This document shows, piece after piece, positions 47,098-56,149 of a stretch of DNA of 64,000 bases. Location of the stretch: contig CAYTYA010000001.1 of NCBI GenBank assembly GCA_964442015.1, forward strand, positions 520 to 64,519. The letters run 5' to 3'. Within the stretch, counting starts at the first letter, position 1. The number at the start of each line of letters is the position of its first letter. The translations under genes were made by a program, and so were the position numbers. The notes under the pieces were generated by a model. It saw only the letters and a list, made by a program, of their open reading frames with translations. It searched no databases and was not told the DNA's origin. Source of the DNA: an uncultured bacterium (GTDB lineage Bacteria > Fidelibacterota > Marinisomatia > Marinisomatales > TCS55).

Positions 47098-50000
47098 ATG
47101 CAGTTTATATATAGACTTTTTCCAATATTTTTAATAGCAAATTTATATGCTGAAATTAATTATTCGATTATACAATCTAATCAACAAAAATTAATTCTGG
47201 ATATAAATGTAGATTTACAATCAGAACAAGATCTAAAGCCTATATCAGTACTTATAGGCTTACCAGAACTAGAATACCCAGAACTTCTTATTGAATATGG
47301 AATAGATAATAAGATATCTCCATATTGGGATCCAACTGAATTTAAAGGTATAGAATGGATTAATCTTCAACGTTTACAGAATCTAAATGTTGCAACTTTA
47401 CAAATAGATACGAAAAAGGATAATAATAAATATTACAAAAATATTAGAATTACTTGTCTATTTACTAAAGCACAATCAAAAAATAAATCTCCAAATTTTA
47501 CTGAAAACAAAATACTAAATAATCGTGTAATTAATTGGCCTATAGCAAAAAATTGGGTTAAAGAAAAAAATCAACCAAATAATAAAAGAATCTATCCTGC
47601 AAATGGACAATGGGCTCAATTTAAAATTACGGAAGATGGTATGCATAGTATACCCGCAAACATCATCATAAATAGTGGGATAGAAACCTCCAATCGAGAT
47701 CCAAGAAGTTTTAAGTTATTTACAAGTTCTAGCCTAGGTAGGGACCGTAGTAATGATTTAATAGGAACAATAAATTATACACCCATTAAAGAAAATTTAA
47801 TTGAGATAGGTATTTATTTCGATGGGGAAAATGATGGTAAGCTTGACGAAGGTGATCAGATCATTTTTTATGGTAGAGGAGTAAGCGGAATAAATAATCA
47901 TGGAATAGATATTAGTCATCAAAAGAATCTGTATTTTACTGAAAATAATTATTGGCTTTTTATACCAGATGATAATATAAATCTTGGCAAAAGAATCGAT
48001 AATTTAGAATCCTCAACTAATTCTAGTGTAACACTTAACTATGGTCTTTCAACTTTTTATGATGAGAATGATTTAATTAACCCTTTTGCGGGTGGTCTTT
48101 CATGGGCTGGCGCAGCAATTCCAAATGGCAGTTCAAATACAGTGGTGACCTCAATAGAGTCACCAAATCAATCAATAGATGTAAATACTACTGTAGGTTT
48201 TTTGGGAAATTCATCATCAATTGAAGCCCAGGCAAATCCAAATCATTTTATTGAAATTTACCATGAATCACTTAATGATTTGCAATCATCGAAGTCTTGG
48301 GTGGGATTAGTTAGAGCTAATTCAACTTTTAGTTTTTCGGGAAATAGATTAAATAATGGAACAAACATATTTATACTAAAAAATTCCTCTAATAATTCTT
48401 ATTCACAACCCCATTTTGACTATATCTTTGGGGAATACGGCAGAAACCTCGATGATCAAAATATCCCTTATGAATTTTTTTCACCTATTCATAGCAATAC
48501 TATTAGATTTCGATTTAACACCCAATCTGAAATAATTATTTGGGATATTACTGATATAGCATCTCCAAAATTAGTTATACAAAGTATAGATAATTCAGGT
48601 ATGTATTTTGATACTATTCTACCAGAGGACACATTGACACGATATAGTGTTTTTTCGCAGTCTACACTAAATGATATAAGTGAAATTGACCTATTAGAAA
48701 ATATATCATTCAGTAACTATAGAATTATTAGACCAGGCGTTGAACATCTAATTATTGGTCCATTAGAATTTTCTACTGTATCTGCACCATTAGTATCACA
48801 TCGAGGTAGTTGTGAATATATCTCTTTAGAACAAATTTATAATGAATTCTCTGGGGGAAATAAAGATCCAGTTGCTATAAGAGATTTTATTCAATGGACT
48901 CAAGAAAATTGGCAAAACCCTAAACCTTATACAGTCTTATTAATGGGTGATGCTGACTATGACTATAGAAATATAACACAACAATCCAGTATCAAGGTCC
49001 CAACAGTTCAAATTGGCTACAGTAATAACCATAGAGCAACTGATGATAGATTAGCTGCGTATAATGGCTTAATACCTGATTTAGCAATTGGTAGATATCC
49101 TGCGAAATCAAAAGATGATGTCTCTGCATTTGTTGAAAAGATTATCCAATACGAAAACAATCCTATTTATGGAATGTGGAGACAACGCATCACCCTCGTA
49201 GCAGATGATGCAGCAAGGCCAGAGCCTGTTCATGGTTCAATAGCAACTGGAAAAAGTCATACTCAAAACTCTGAGACTATATCTAATCTTATTGGACCAG
49301 GTATAGAAATTAGAAAATTATATATGATGGAATATCCTGAAGTCAGCAATTCATCACTGTACGGGGTAATAAAACCTGATGCTACTGAAGAACTATTAAG
49401 CATCCTTTCTGAAGGCACCTCTATAATTAATTATATAGGACATGGATCTGCTCATCAATGGGCTCAAGAGAGATTATTGTATCAAGATGACGACATAAAT
49501 AATATTAATACAAATGGAATGCTCCCTGTTTGGATAGCAGGTACATGTTCATGGGGTCATTTTGATGAAATTGAATCAGAAGCTTTTTCTGAAGAAATTA
49601 TTCGTATGCAAAATAATGGTGCAAGTGCAATTATATCTACGACAAGACTAATATCAGTTAGTAGTAATGCATATTTTACGAGAGAAATATTTAAATCTAT
49701 TTTTAGAGATAGCATAATAACAAATGAACCCATTGGAATTATAATGCAATCAGTGAAAGATGGATCTTCAAGTGGTGAGCTTTTTCAATTATTTGGAGAT
49801 CCTGCTATGAAGCTTGCTTTACCCCAGCATAGCTTAGATATTGTTAATGTTAATCCTGATACTTTACTAACATTAGATACTGCAAGGGTTAACGCTATTC
49901 AAGAAATAAATACTAATGGTTCTGGATATGGTTTTCTTACTTTAAATGATGCGGATAAAAATGTTACTAGAGAATACTCAATTAATTCTACTATACAAGA

Positions 50001-50850
50001 ATTAAGCTATATCCTACCAGGAAAAACATTGTTTAAAGGTCAATTCTCTTTTAATGGAAAAGATTTTAGTGCTATGATGAGAGTGCCCAAAGATATATCC
50101 TATTCTAATGCTCCTGGAGAAATTAATATTTATATGATAATTGAAAATAATCCATCAGAGGAAGCAATTGGTTCTCTACAGAATATTATATTAAAGGGAG
50201 GTAGCTCGGTTCAAGATGTAACTGGCCCTATTATATCATTTGAAAAAGAAAATGGTTTTCAATTAAGAAATTCAGATCATTTGGAAGATGGAGAAAAATT
50301 ATATTTACGATTATCTGACCCAATTGGAATTAACCTTACAGGAGAAATTGGTCATGAAATCTTATATTCAGATAAAAGCAATGAAAATAAAAGTGATATA
50401 ACTCATTTATTTATTTATGATGAAAATAGTATTACAACAGGAAGAATACTTATTAATGATTTAAGTAATGAAAATTTGTATTTTCAAGTTAAAGCATGGG
50501 ATAATGCTAATAATCCTTCAGAAAAAGAGATAAAACTATTTATTTCAGAAAATAAAGGTTTAACTTTATTTAATGTATATAATTATCCAAATCCTTTTAA
50601 AAATAATACTCAGTTTAGCTTTGAAATAAATGAATCAGCTGAAATTGAAATTAATATTTATACTTTAGGGGGAAGAAAAATTAGAAATATTGATAGAGAT
50701 TTTTATGAAGCTGGCTATAACTTTATCAACTGGGACGGTAAAGATAAATATGGAGATAATATTGCTAATGGAGTATATCTATATTCACTGAAAGCATTTA
50801 ACGATGGAAGTAAAATATCAAAAATTGGTAAAATAGCTAAATATCAATAA
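47098..50850 (+). CDS. porU: peptidase C25 (gingipain-like) family protein with T9SS C-terminal domain; PorU-like sortase candidate
   Basis: 1250 aa with a signal peptide. Clan CD His/Cys dyad context (INYIGHGSAHQW and VWIAGTCSWGHFD). C-terminal T9SS/FlgD-Ig-like CTD (YNYPNPFKNNTQFSF...WDGKDKYGDNIANGVYLYSL). Size and architecture fit PorU. Confidence 0.55.
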   Translation: MQFIYRLFPIFLIANLYAEINYSIIQSNQQKLILDINVDLQSEQDLKPISVLIGLPELEYPELLIEYGIDNKISPYWDPTEFKGIEWINLQRLQNLNVATLQIDTKKDNNKYYKNIRITCLFTKAQSKNKSPNFTENKILNNRVINWPIAKNWVKEKNQPNNKRIYPANGQWAQFKITEDGMHSIPANIIINSGIETSNRDPRSFKLFTSSSLGRDRSNDLIGTINYTPIKENLIEIGIYFDGENDGKLDEGDQIIFYGRGVSGINNHGIDISHQKNLYFTENNYWLFIPDDNINLGKRIDNLESSTNSSVTLNYGLSTFYDENDLINPFAGGLSWAGAAIPNGSSNTVVTSIESPNQSIDVNTTVGFLGNSSSIEAQANPNHFIEIYHESLNDLQSSKSWVGLVRANSTFSFSGNRLNNGTNIFILKNSSNNSYSQPHFDYIFGEYGRNLDDQNIPYEFFSPIHSNTIRFRFNTQSEIIIWDITDIASPKLVIQSIDNSGMYFDTILPEDTLTRYSVFSQSTLNDISEIDLLENISFSNYRIIRPGVEHLIIGPLEFSTVSAPLVSHRGSCEYISLEQIYNEFSGGNKDPVAIRDFIQWTQENWQNPKPYTVLLMGDADYDYRNITQQSSIKVPTVQIGYSNNHRATDDRLAAYNGLIPDLAIGRYPAKSKDDVSAFVEKIIQYENNPIYGMWRQRITLVADDAARPEPVHGSIATGKSHTQNSETISNLIGPGIEIRKLYMMEYPEVSNSSLYGVIKPDATEELLSILSEGTSIINYIGHGSAHQWAQERLLYQDDDINNINTNGMLPVWIAGTCSWGHFDEIESEAFSEEIIRMQNNGASAIISTTRLISVSSNAYFTREIFKSIFRDSIITNEPIGIIMQSVKDGSSSGELFQLFGDPAMKLALPQHSLDIVNVNPDTLLTLDTARVNAIQEINTNGSGYGFLTLNDADKNVTREYSINSTIQELSYILPGKTLFKGQFSFNGKDFSAMMRVPKDISYSNAPGEINIYMIIENNPSEEAIGSLQNIILKGGSSVQDVTGPIISFEKENGFQLRNSDHLEDGEKLYLRLSDPIGINLTGEIGHEILYSDKSNENKSDITHLFIYDENSITTGRILINDLSNENLYFQVKAWDNANNPSEKEIKLFISENKGLTLFNVYNYPNPFKNNTQFSFEINESAEIEINIYTLGGRKIRNIDRDFYEAGYNFINWDGKDKYGDNIANGVYLYSLKAFNDGSKISKIGKIAKYQ

Positions 50851-50855
50851 TACTA

Positions 50856-51428
50856 ATGTTTCATTTTAATAATATTATCTTGGCTTCCAGTTCACCTCGA
50901 AGAAAACAATTATTAAAGCAAATTGGGATCAATTTTACTACTGAAATTAGTGGCGTAGATGAATCAATTGATTTAGATCTTTCTCCGAAAAGAGTTGCAA
51001 AATATTTTGCATTAAAAAAAGCCAGAAAAGTTTCATTAAAGTTTCCTAAAAAATTAGTTATTGGAGCAGACACTATAGTAGTATGTAATGGAAAAATACT
51101 TGGAAAACCAAAAGATGAAAAAGAAAGCTTTAATATGCTTACAATGCTATCTGGAAAAACGCATAAAGTAATCACAGGAGTATCTCTTCAATGTAAAGAT
51201 GAAAGTATAAATAAAACTTTCCATGAAACCACAAAAGTTACATTTAATGATTTAAGCAATAATTATATCTTTCATTATATTAGAACTTATAGCCCTTTTG
51301 ATAAAGCTGGAAGTTATGGTATACAAGATTGGTTTGCAGTTTGTGTGAGAAAAATTGATGGTTGTTTCTATAATGTTATGGGTCTTCCTTTATCTAAATT
51401 CTGGGAAGAAATAAATAAATTGAGATAA
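50856..51428 (+). CDS. maf: Maf family nucleoside triphosphate pyrophosphatase
   Basis: 190 aa with LASSSPRRKQLL, GADTIV and KAGSYGIQD motifs. Confidence 0.85.
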   Translation: MFHFNNIILASSSPRRKQLLKQIGINFTTEISGVDESIDLDLSPKRVAKYFALKKARKVSLKFPKKLVIGADTIVVCNGKILGKPKDEKESFNMLTMLSGKTHKVITGVSLQCKDESINKTFHETTKVTFNDLSNNYIFHYIRTYSPFDKAGSYGIQDWFAVCVRKIDGCFYNVMGLPLSKFWEEINKLR

Positions 51429-51484
51429 TTTAGTTTTTCATATTACTAAATGAAATTTAATTTCTACATTGAATTACAAATATT

Positions 51485-52324
51485 ATGAGTGATCTACACA
51501 AAAAACTTAAGTCTTTAAGGCGTGAACGTAAAATTGATCTTGAAGCAATTGAAAAACGAACTAAGATCGATTTAAAATACTTGAAAGCCATTGAAAATGG
51601 AAAATTTGAAATTTTACCAAGTACATATATCCGTTTATTTCTTAAAGCATATTGTGTTGAAATAGGAGCAGACCCCGTTGATGCTCTTCATCAGTTGGAT
51701 GAATTAAATAATATTAATAAGAAGAAGAAAAAGAAAGATTCTATTGATACTGGTGAAAATATTTTTACAGAAAATAATGAAACAGAAGAAATTAATGAAT
51801 CTTCTAAGATTGAATCGCCAAAAAACCCGTATCAGAAGAAATCCGAATGGCTTAAAGGTTTCTCCATGATATTATTACTTCTATTTAGTATATATATAAT
51901 TAAAAAAATTGTTACAAATGATGAAAATTCAACTATGGATAATAATATCGAGCAAATATCTAGTTTAAATCCAATAACAGATTTTGAATTAATTAATGAT
52001 TTTATTATAGATAAAACAAATAGTGGCTCAATAGATGTAGCGCCTCCATTTATGGTAAAAATTATTTCAAGAAAAGAAAATATTTGGATAAGAACAGAAA
52101 CTGATTCCGCTCTACCTATTGAGAATATTTTAAATAGCTCTAATCAGGATAACTTCTCATTCGTTAAAAGATTCGACTTATTAGTTAATCCTGCAAAAAA
52201 TATAAATATTTTTTGGAATGGCCAATTAATCCCCTATCTTGAATCAACAAATTATCCAGCAAAAATTAATCTGAATGGCATTACTCGAACTATTACCATT
52301 CAACATTTCGTTCCTCAAAACTAA
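51485..52324 (+). CDS. rodZ: RodZ-like cytoskeleton protein (HTH, TM, C-terminal DUF4115-like)
   Basis: N-terminal HTH (LKSLRRERKIDLEAIEKRTKIDLKYLKAIENGKFE), a basic linker, a single TM helix and a beta-rich C-terminal domain. Confidence 0.55.
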   Translation: MSDLHKKLKSLRRERKIDLEAIEKRTKIDLKYLKAIENGKFEILPSTYIRLFLKAYCVEIGADPVDALHQLDELNNINKKKKKKDSIDTGENIFTENNETEEINESSKIESPKNPYQKKSEWLKGFSMILLLLFSIYIIKKIVTNDENSTMDNNIEQISSLNPITDFELINDFIIDKTNSGSIDVAPPFMVKIISRKENIWIRTETDSALPIENILNSSNQDNFSFVKRFDLLVNPAKNINIFWNGQLIPYLESTNYPAKINLNGITRTITIQHFVPQN

Positions 52325-52413
52325 TTTTCTACACATTTCTACCCACTATCCTCTGATCATAATATAGCTACTCTATAAATCCATCTTTATTAACATTATT
52401 AGATAAAAATATA

Positions 52414-52457
52414 TTGATATAAATATTCAAACGAAATATATTGTGGGTAGTTGTGGG
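52414..52457 (+). promoter_or_regulatory. candidate dcw promoter with MraZ-box-like GTGGG direct repeats
   Basis: TTGATA (52414-52419), a 17-nt spacer, then TATATT (52437-52442). Directly after it are two GTGGG repeats at 52443-52447 and 52453-52457, exactly 10 bp apart and about 27-41 nt upstream of the mraZ ATG. The AT-rich background makes the hexamers weak evidence on their own. Confidence 0.35.
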
Positions 52458-52483
52458 TAAATATCCCTTATATTTAAATAGTT

Positions 52484-52948
52484 ATGACTACAAATTTAAA
52501 TACATTTACTGGGGAATATTCTTATACGGTTGATAATAAAGGTCGTGTCAATATTCCAGCAAAATTTCGTAAAGCATTATCTGCGGATAATGAAGAAATG
52601 TTTGTTATTACAAAAGGAATGGATCCATGTATTTGGGTTTACCCGGCAATTATTTGGAAAAACATTGAAAATAATTTGAAAAACCTATCTTCACTATCAG
52701 CAATTAATAGAACTTTTGTTAGGAGCACTGTGCGTTATGCCTCCTCTACTACTTATGATAAACAAGGACGTATACAATTAACATCAAACCTAATTGATTA
52801 CTCTCATTTAAAGAAAAAAACATTAATCATTGGGATGGTGAACAAAATAGAAATTTGGAATCCTGATAAGCTAAAAGAAATTGATAAGAAAAATATGAAA
52901 ATAGATAATAATGCCTATGATGAACTTGCAGAAAAGATTATCATTTAA
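52484..52948 (+). CDS. mraZ: transcriptional regulator MraZ
   Basis: 154 aa with duplicated SpoVT/AbrB-like halves (DNKGRVNIPAKFR and DKQGRIQL). First gene of the dcw cluster. Confidence 0.9.
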   Translation: MTTNLNTFTGEYSYTVDNKGRVNIPAKFRKALSADNEEMFVITKGMDPCIWVYPAIIWKNIENNLKNLSSLSAINRTFVRSTVRYASSTTYDKQGRIQLTSNLIDYSHLKKKTLIIGMVNKIEIWNPDKLKEIDKKNMKIDNNAYDELAEKIII

Positions 52949-53841
52949 TGAAAGAAGGCTCAATACAGGATTTAGCAAACCATATTCCTGTTATGAGCAA
53001 CGAAATTTTATCCTATCTAAACATAGTATCAGATGGAGTCTATATAGATGGGACCATTGGACCTGGAGGGCACGCCACCCCAATCCTCAACAAACTAGGA
53101 AAACACGGTAAATTAATAGGCATTGATCGGGATGAAGAAGCTTTGAAAATCTGCAGAAAAAACTTTTCAAACTCTTCCGCCCTACTATCTCTCCATCATT
53201 CATCATATAATAAGCTTGATACTATATTATCTAAAGAGGGCATCTCGCGCGTTAATGGTGTCATTCTTGATCTTGGGCTATCATCAAATCAGCTTAATAC
53301 TAAACAACGAGGGTTTTCATATAGATCTGACGGAGATTTAGACATGCGGTTTGATTTTTCTTCCGGTGAAAAAGCAAGCGATATTATCAAAAATAATAAT
53401 ATTGATAAATTAACAAAAATATTTCAAATCTATGGGGAAGAACGATTCTCTTACCGCATCGCGCGATCAATGAAAGAAATGAAAGAAATGAAATCAGTAA
53501 ATCATTTACGTGAGGCAATCCGAAGATGCACTCCTCCGAAAAATAGAGATCGTATCTTTGCTCGAATCTTTCAAGCTCTAAGAATAGTTGTGAATAAGGA
53601 ATTAGAAATTCTACAAGATTTTCTTTTAAAGTTTGCTGATTTTTTATCTCCAAATGGAACAATAGCTATTATTAGTTATCATTCCCTCGAAGACAGATTG
53701 GTGAAACATCAATACAAGCACTTATCAAATATTAGTTCATTAAAAATTTTAACAAAAAAACCACTTAGGCCTACAGAAATAGAAATAACAACTAATAAAA
53801 GATCTAAAAGTGCAAAACTAAGAGTAGCTAGGAAGATATAA
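52948..53841 (+). CDS. rsmH: 16S rRNA (cytosine1402-N4)-methyltransferase
   Basis: HIPVM, DGTIGPGGHA, LDLGLSSNQL and ISYHSLEDRLVK motifs. Confidence 0.9.
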   Translation: MKEGSIQDLANHIPVMSNEILSYLNIVSDGVYIDGTIGPGGHATPILNKLGKHGKLIGIDRDEEALKICRKNFSNSSALLSLHHSSYNKLDTILSKEGISRVNGVILDLGLSSNQLNTKQRGFSYRSDGDLDMRFDFSSGEKASDIIKNNNIDKLTKIFQIYGEERFSYRIARSMKEMKEMKSVNHLREAIRRCTPPKNRDRIFARIFQALRIVVNKELEILQDFLLKFADFLSPNGTIAIISYHSLEDRLVKHQYKHLSNISSLKILTKKPLRPTEIEITTNKRSKSAKLRVARKI

Positions 53842-53843
53842 TT

Positions 53844-54176
53844 ATGAGAAAGCACACAAAAAGAAATGCTAGAAAACAAAAAGAATTTATACAGACATTA
53901 TCGTTTTTTGGTATAGCGATTGCATCAATAGTCGGCCTTATATCTTATTTATGGGTCTATACAGAAATTGATGAGACTCTAATTGCAATAGAATTGCAAA
54001 AAGCTACTAGAGAAGAATTAAATAACAGCATTAAGGATCTTCAAAATGATATTGCTTTACTTGGTAGGGTTGATCGTGTAACAGAGAAAGCTAGAAAAGA
54101 GCTTGGTATGGTTTTCGCAACTCCCGAAACGATCTCAGTTTATATTAATCCAAATAATTTAGCATTTAATAAATGA
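53844..54176 (+). CDS. ftsL: cell division protein FtsL-like
   Basis: 110 aa with a basic N-terminus, a single TM helix and a coiled coil. It occupies the canonical position between rsmH and ftsI. Confidence 0.55.
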   Translation: MRKHTKRNARKQKEFIQTLSFFGIAIASIVGLISYLWVYTEIDETLIAIELQKATREELNNSIKDLQNDIALLGRVDRVTEKARKELGMVFATPETISVYINPNNLAFNK

Positions 54177-56149
54177 CTAAAAATTATCTAAAGTTTCGTT
54201 CAAGAATCTTAATAGTTATATCTTTTGTTCTATTTTCATGGATAGGTCTGTCATTCAGATTATTTCAAGTACAAGTAATTAAAAGTTCAAAGTATAGACA
54301 GATCGGTTTTAAACAAGCGCAAGCACAAATACCTATCCCTTCAGTTAGAGGTAATATATATGACAAAAATAGTAAGCCCCTAACAAGAAATATTATTAAA
54401 TACTCTTTTGCAACTTATCCTGGCAAAGTTAGTAACACAAGTAAGCTCGCGAATGAATTAAGTAATCATTTTGGACGTTCATCAAAATATTATAAAGAGA
54501 AATTAGAAAAAAATAAGAACTTTACTTACTTGGAAAGAAATCTGAGTAAAGAAAAATCAAAAGCAATACTTGATGATTTACCCGAAGGCTTAATTGTGGA
54601 GAGAGACTCACATCGGTTTTATCCAAATGGCAATATAGCTGCACAATTAATTGGTTACACTGATCCAGATAATTTGGGCCTTACAGGAATAGAACAGCAA
54701 TTCAATGATTATTTAACAGGAGCACCTGGATGGGTAATACGTCAATTAAGCGGAAAAGGAAATGCTTTACCAAATAATGGATTCCCATCAAAAGCGCCAA
54801 TTGATGGAAATAACATCCAACTTACGATTGATCTTGATTATCAAGTTGTTTTGCAAGAAGAATTACATCGAAGAATTAATGAGACAGAGGCTTCATCAGC
54901 AATGGGTATTTTAGTTAACCCCCAGACTGGAGCAATATTAGCAATGGCTTCATTACCAGATTTTGATTCTAACTATCCATCAAAATATTCAATGCAATAC
55001 CATAAAAACAGAGTATTAACTGACCAGTTTGAACCAGGGTCGACATTCAAGTTTGTTGCAGCTACTGCGGCTTTAAAGCATCAATTAGTTGATTTAAATG
55101 AAGAATTTTTTTGTGAAAATGGACAATTCACATTTGCAGGAGAAGTTGTAAGCGATCATGAAGATTATGGGTTATTGACTTTTCCACAAATCATAGAAAA
55201 TTCTAGCAATGTTGGAATAATAAAGATTGCTGATAGATTAGGAACAAAACGCTTGTATCGAGCCTGTCGAGATTTTGGATTTGGGATGCCCACAAATATT
55301 AGTTTTGCAGGAGAGGCTTCAGGAAAATTACGACATATAACAAAATGGAGCGGTTTTTCAATCGCTTCAGTGTCTATGGGTCAGGAAATTGCTGTTACAA
55401 CATTGCAATTGGCAATGGCTTATGCAGCAATTGCCAATGGTGGATTCTTAATGAAACCTTTACTTGTTAAACAAATTATTGATGATAATGGTAAATCTAT
55501 TTATAGAGAAACGCCTGAAGTTTTAAGGAAAGTTTCTGATCCCTTAGTGATGAAAGATTTAACAAATATGTTAACTAGAGTTGTAGAAACAGGGACAGGA
55601 ACAAACGCATACATTCCAGGATGGTCAATTGCTGGCAAAACAGGTACCGCTGAAAAATTTATTGATGGTGAATATTCAAAAACAAAATACATATCGAATT
55701 TTGCAGGTTTTTTTCCTTCTGAGAATCCTCAGATAGTAGGTGTTTTTGTTTTAAACGAACCTAAATACGGATTTCATTGGGGGAATATCGGTGCAGCAAC
55801 TATTTTTAATCGAGTTGTCAAAAGAATTATAAATATGGATGATTCAATTCAAATTTTGAAAGATAAATATAAAAAGGATCAAGAACCTCTAATGATGGTA
55901 GACAGTTTTATTAAATCAGATGAGGTTCAAATGAAGCCAATGTTTACAAAAGCAACATATGTAGATATGAATCAGTTTAGTAATGCCATGCCTGATGTTA
56001 GAGGTATGAGTCTCTTACAGGCAAAGATTGTATTGAGGCAAATGGGGTACAAAATAAAATTTAGCGGATCTGGGCAAGTAGCATGGCAAAGTCCAAAACC
56101 TGGGACGGATCTTATTGAGGGATCTGTATGTACTATAGGTTTACAATGA
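54173..56149 (+). CDS. ftsI: penicillin-binding protein (FtsI/PBP3-type transpeptidase) with C-terminal PASTA domain
   Basis: TM anchor, dimerisation domain, and the transpeptidase motifs STFK (PGSTFKF), SSN (ENSSNVG) and KTGT (GKTGTAE). The last ~53 aa (MPDVRGMSLLQAKIVLRQMGYKIKF...QSPKPGTDLIEGSVCTIGL) are PASTA-like. Confidence 0.85.
   Translation: MTKNYLKFRSRILIVISFVLFSWIGLSFRLFQVQVIKSSKYRQIGFKQAQAQIPIPSVRGNIYDKNSKPLTRNIIKYSFATYPGKVSNTSKLANELSNHFGRSSKYYKEKLEKNKNFTYLERNLSKEKSKAILDDLPEGLIVERDSHRFYPNGNIAAQLIGYTDPDNLGLTGIEQQFNDYLTGAPGWVIRQLSGKGNALPNNGFPSKAPIDGNNIQLTIDLDYQVVLQEELHRRINETEASSAMGILVNPQTGAILAMASLPDFDSNYPSKYSMQYHKNRVLTDQFEPGSTFKFVAATAALKHQLVDLNEEFFCENGQFTFAGEVVSDHEDYGLLTFPQIIENSSNVGIIKIADRLGTKRLYRACRDFGFGMPTNISFAGEASGKLRHITKWSGFSIASVSMGQEIAVTTLQLAMAYAAIANGGFLMKPLLVKQIIDDNGKSIYRETPEVLRKVSDPLVMKDLTNMLTRVVETGTGTNAYIPGWSIAGKTGTAEKFIDGEYSKTKYISNFAGFFPSENPQIVGVFVLNEPKYGFHWGNIGAATIFNRVVKRIINMDDSIQILKDKYKKDQEPLMMVDSFIKSDEVQMKPMFTKATYVDMNQFSNAMPDVRGMSLLQAKIVLRQMGYKIKFSGSGQVAWQSPKPGTDLIEGSVCTIGLQ

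Noticed and set aside
52911-53111. 66-aa ORF overlapping the mraZ/rsmH junction
   Set aside because: It is out of frame with rsmH, whose motifs are unambiguous, and there is no supporting signal.
53470-53493. Tandem 9-nt repeat atgaaagaa (x2.6) inside rsmH, encoding MKEMKEMK
   Set aside because: It is short, in frame, and sits in a variable linker of the protein. It is most simply a slippage duplication, not a regulatory or CRISPR-like repeat.
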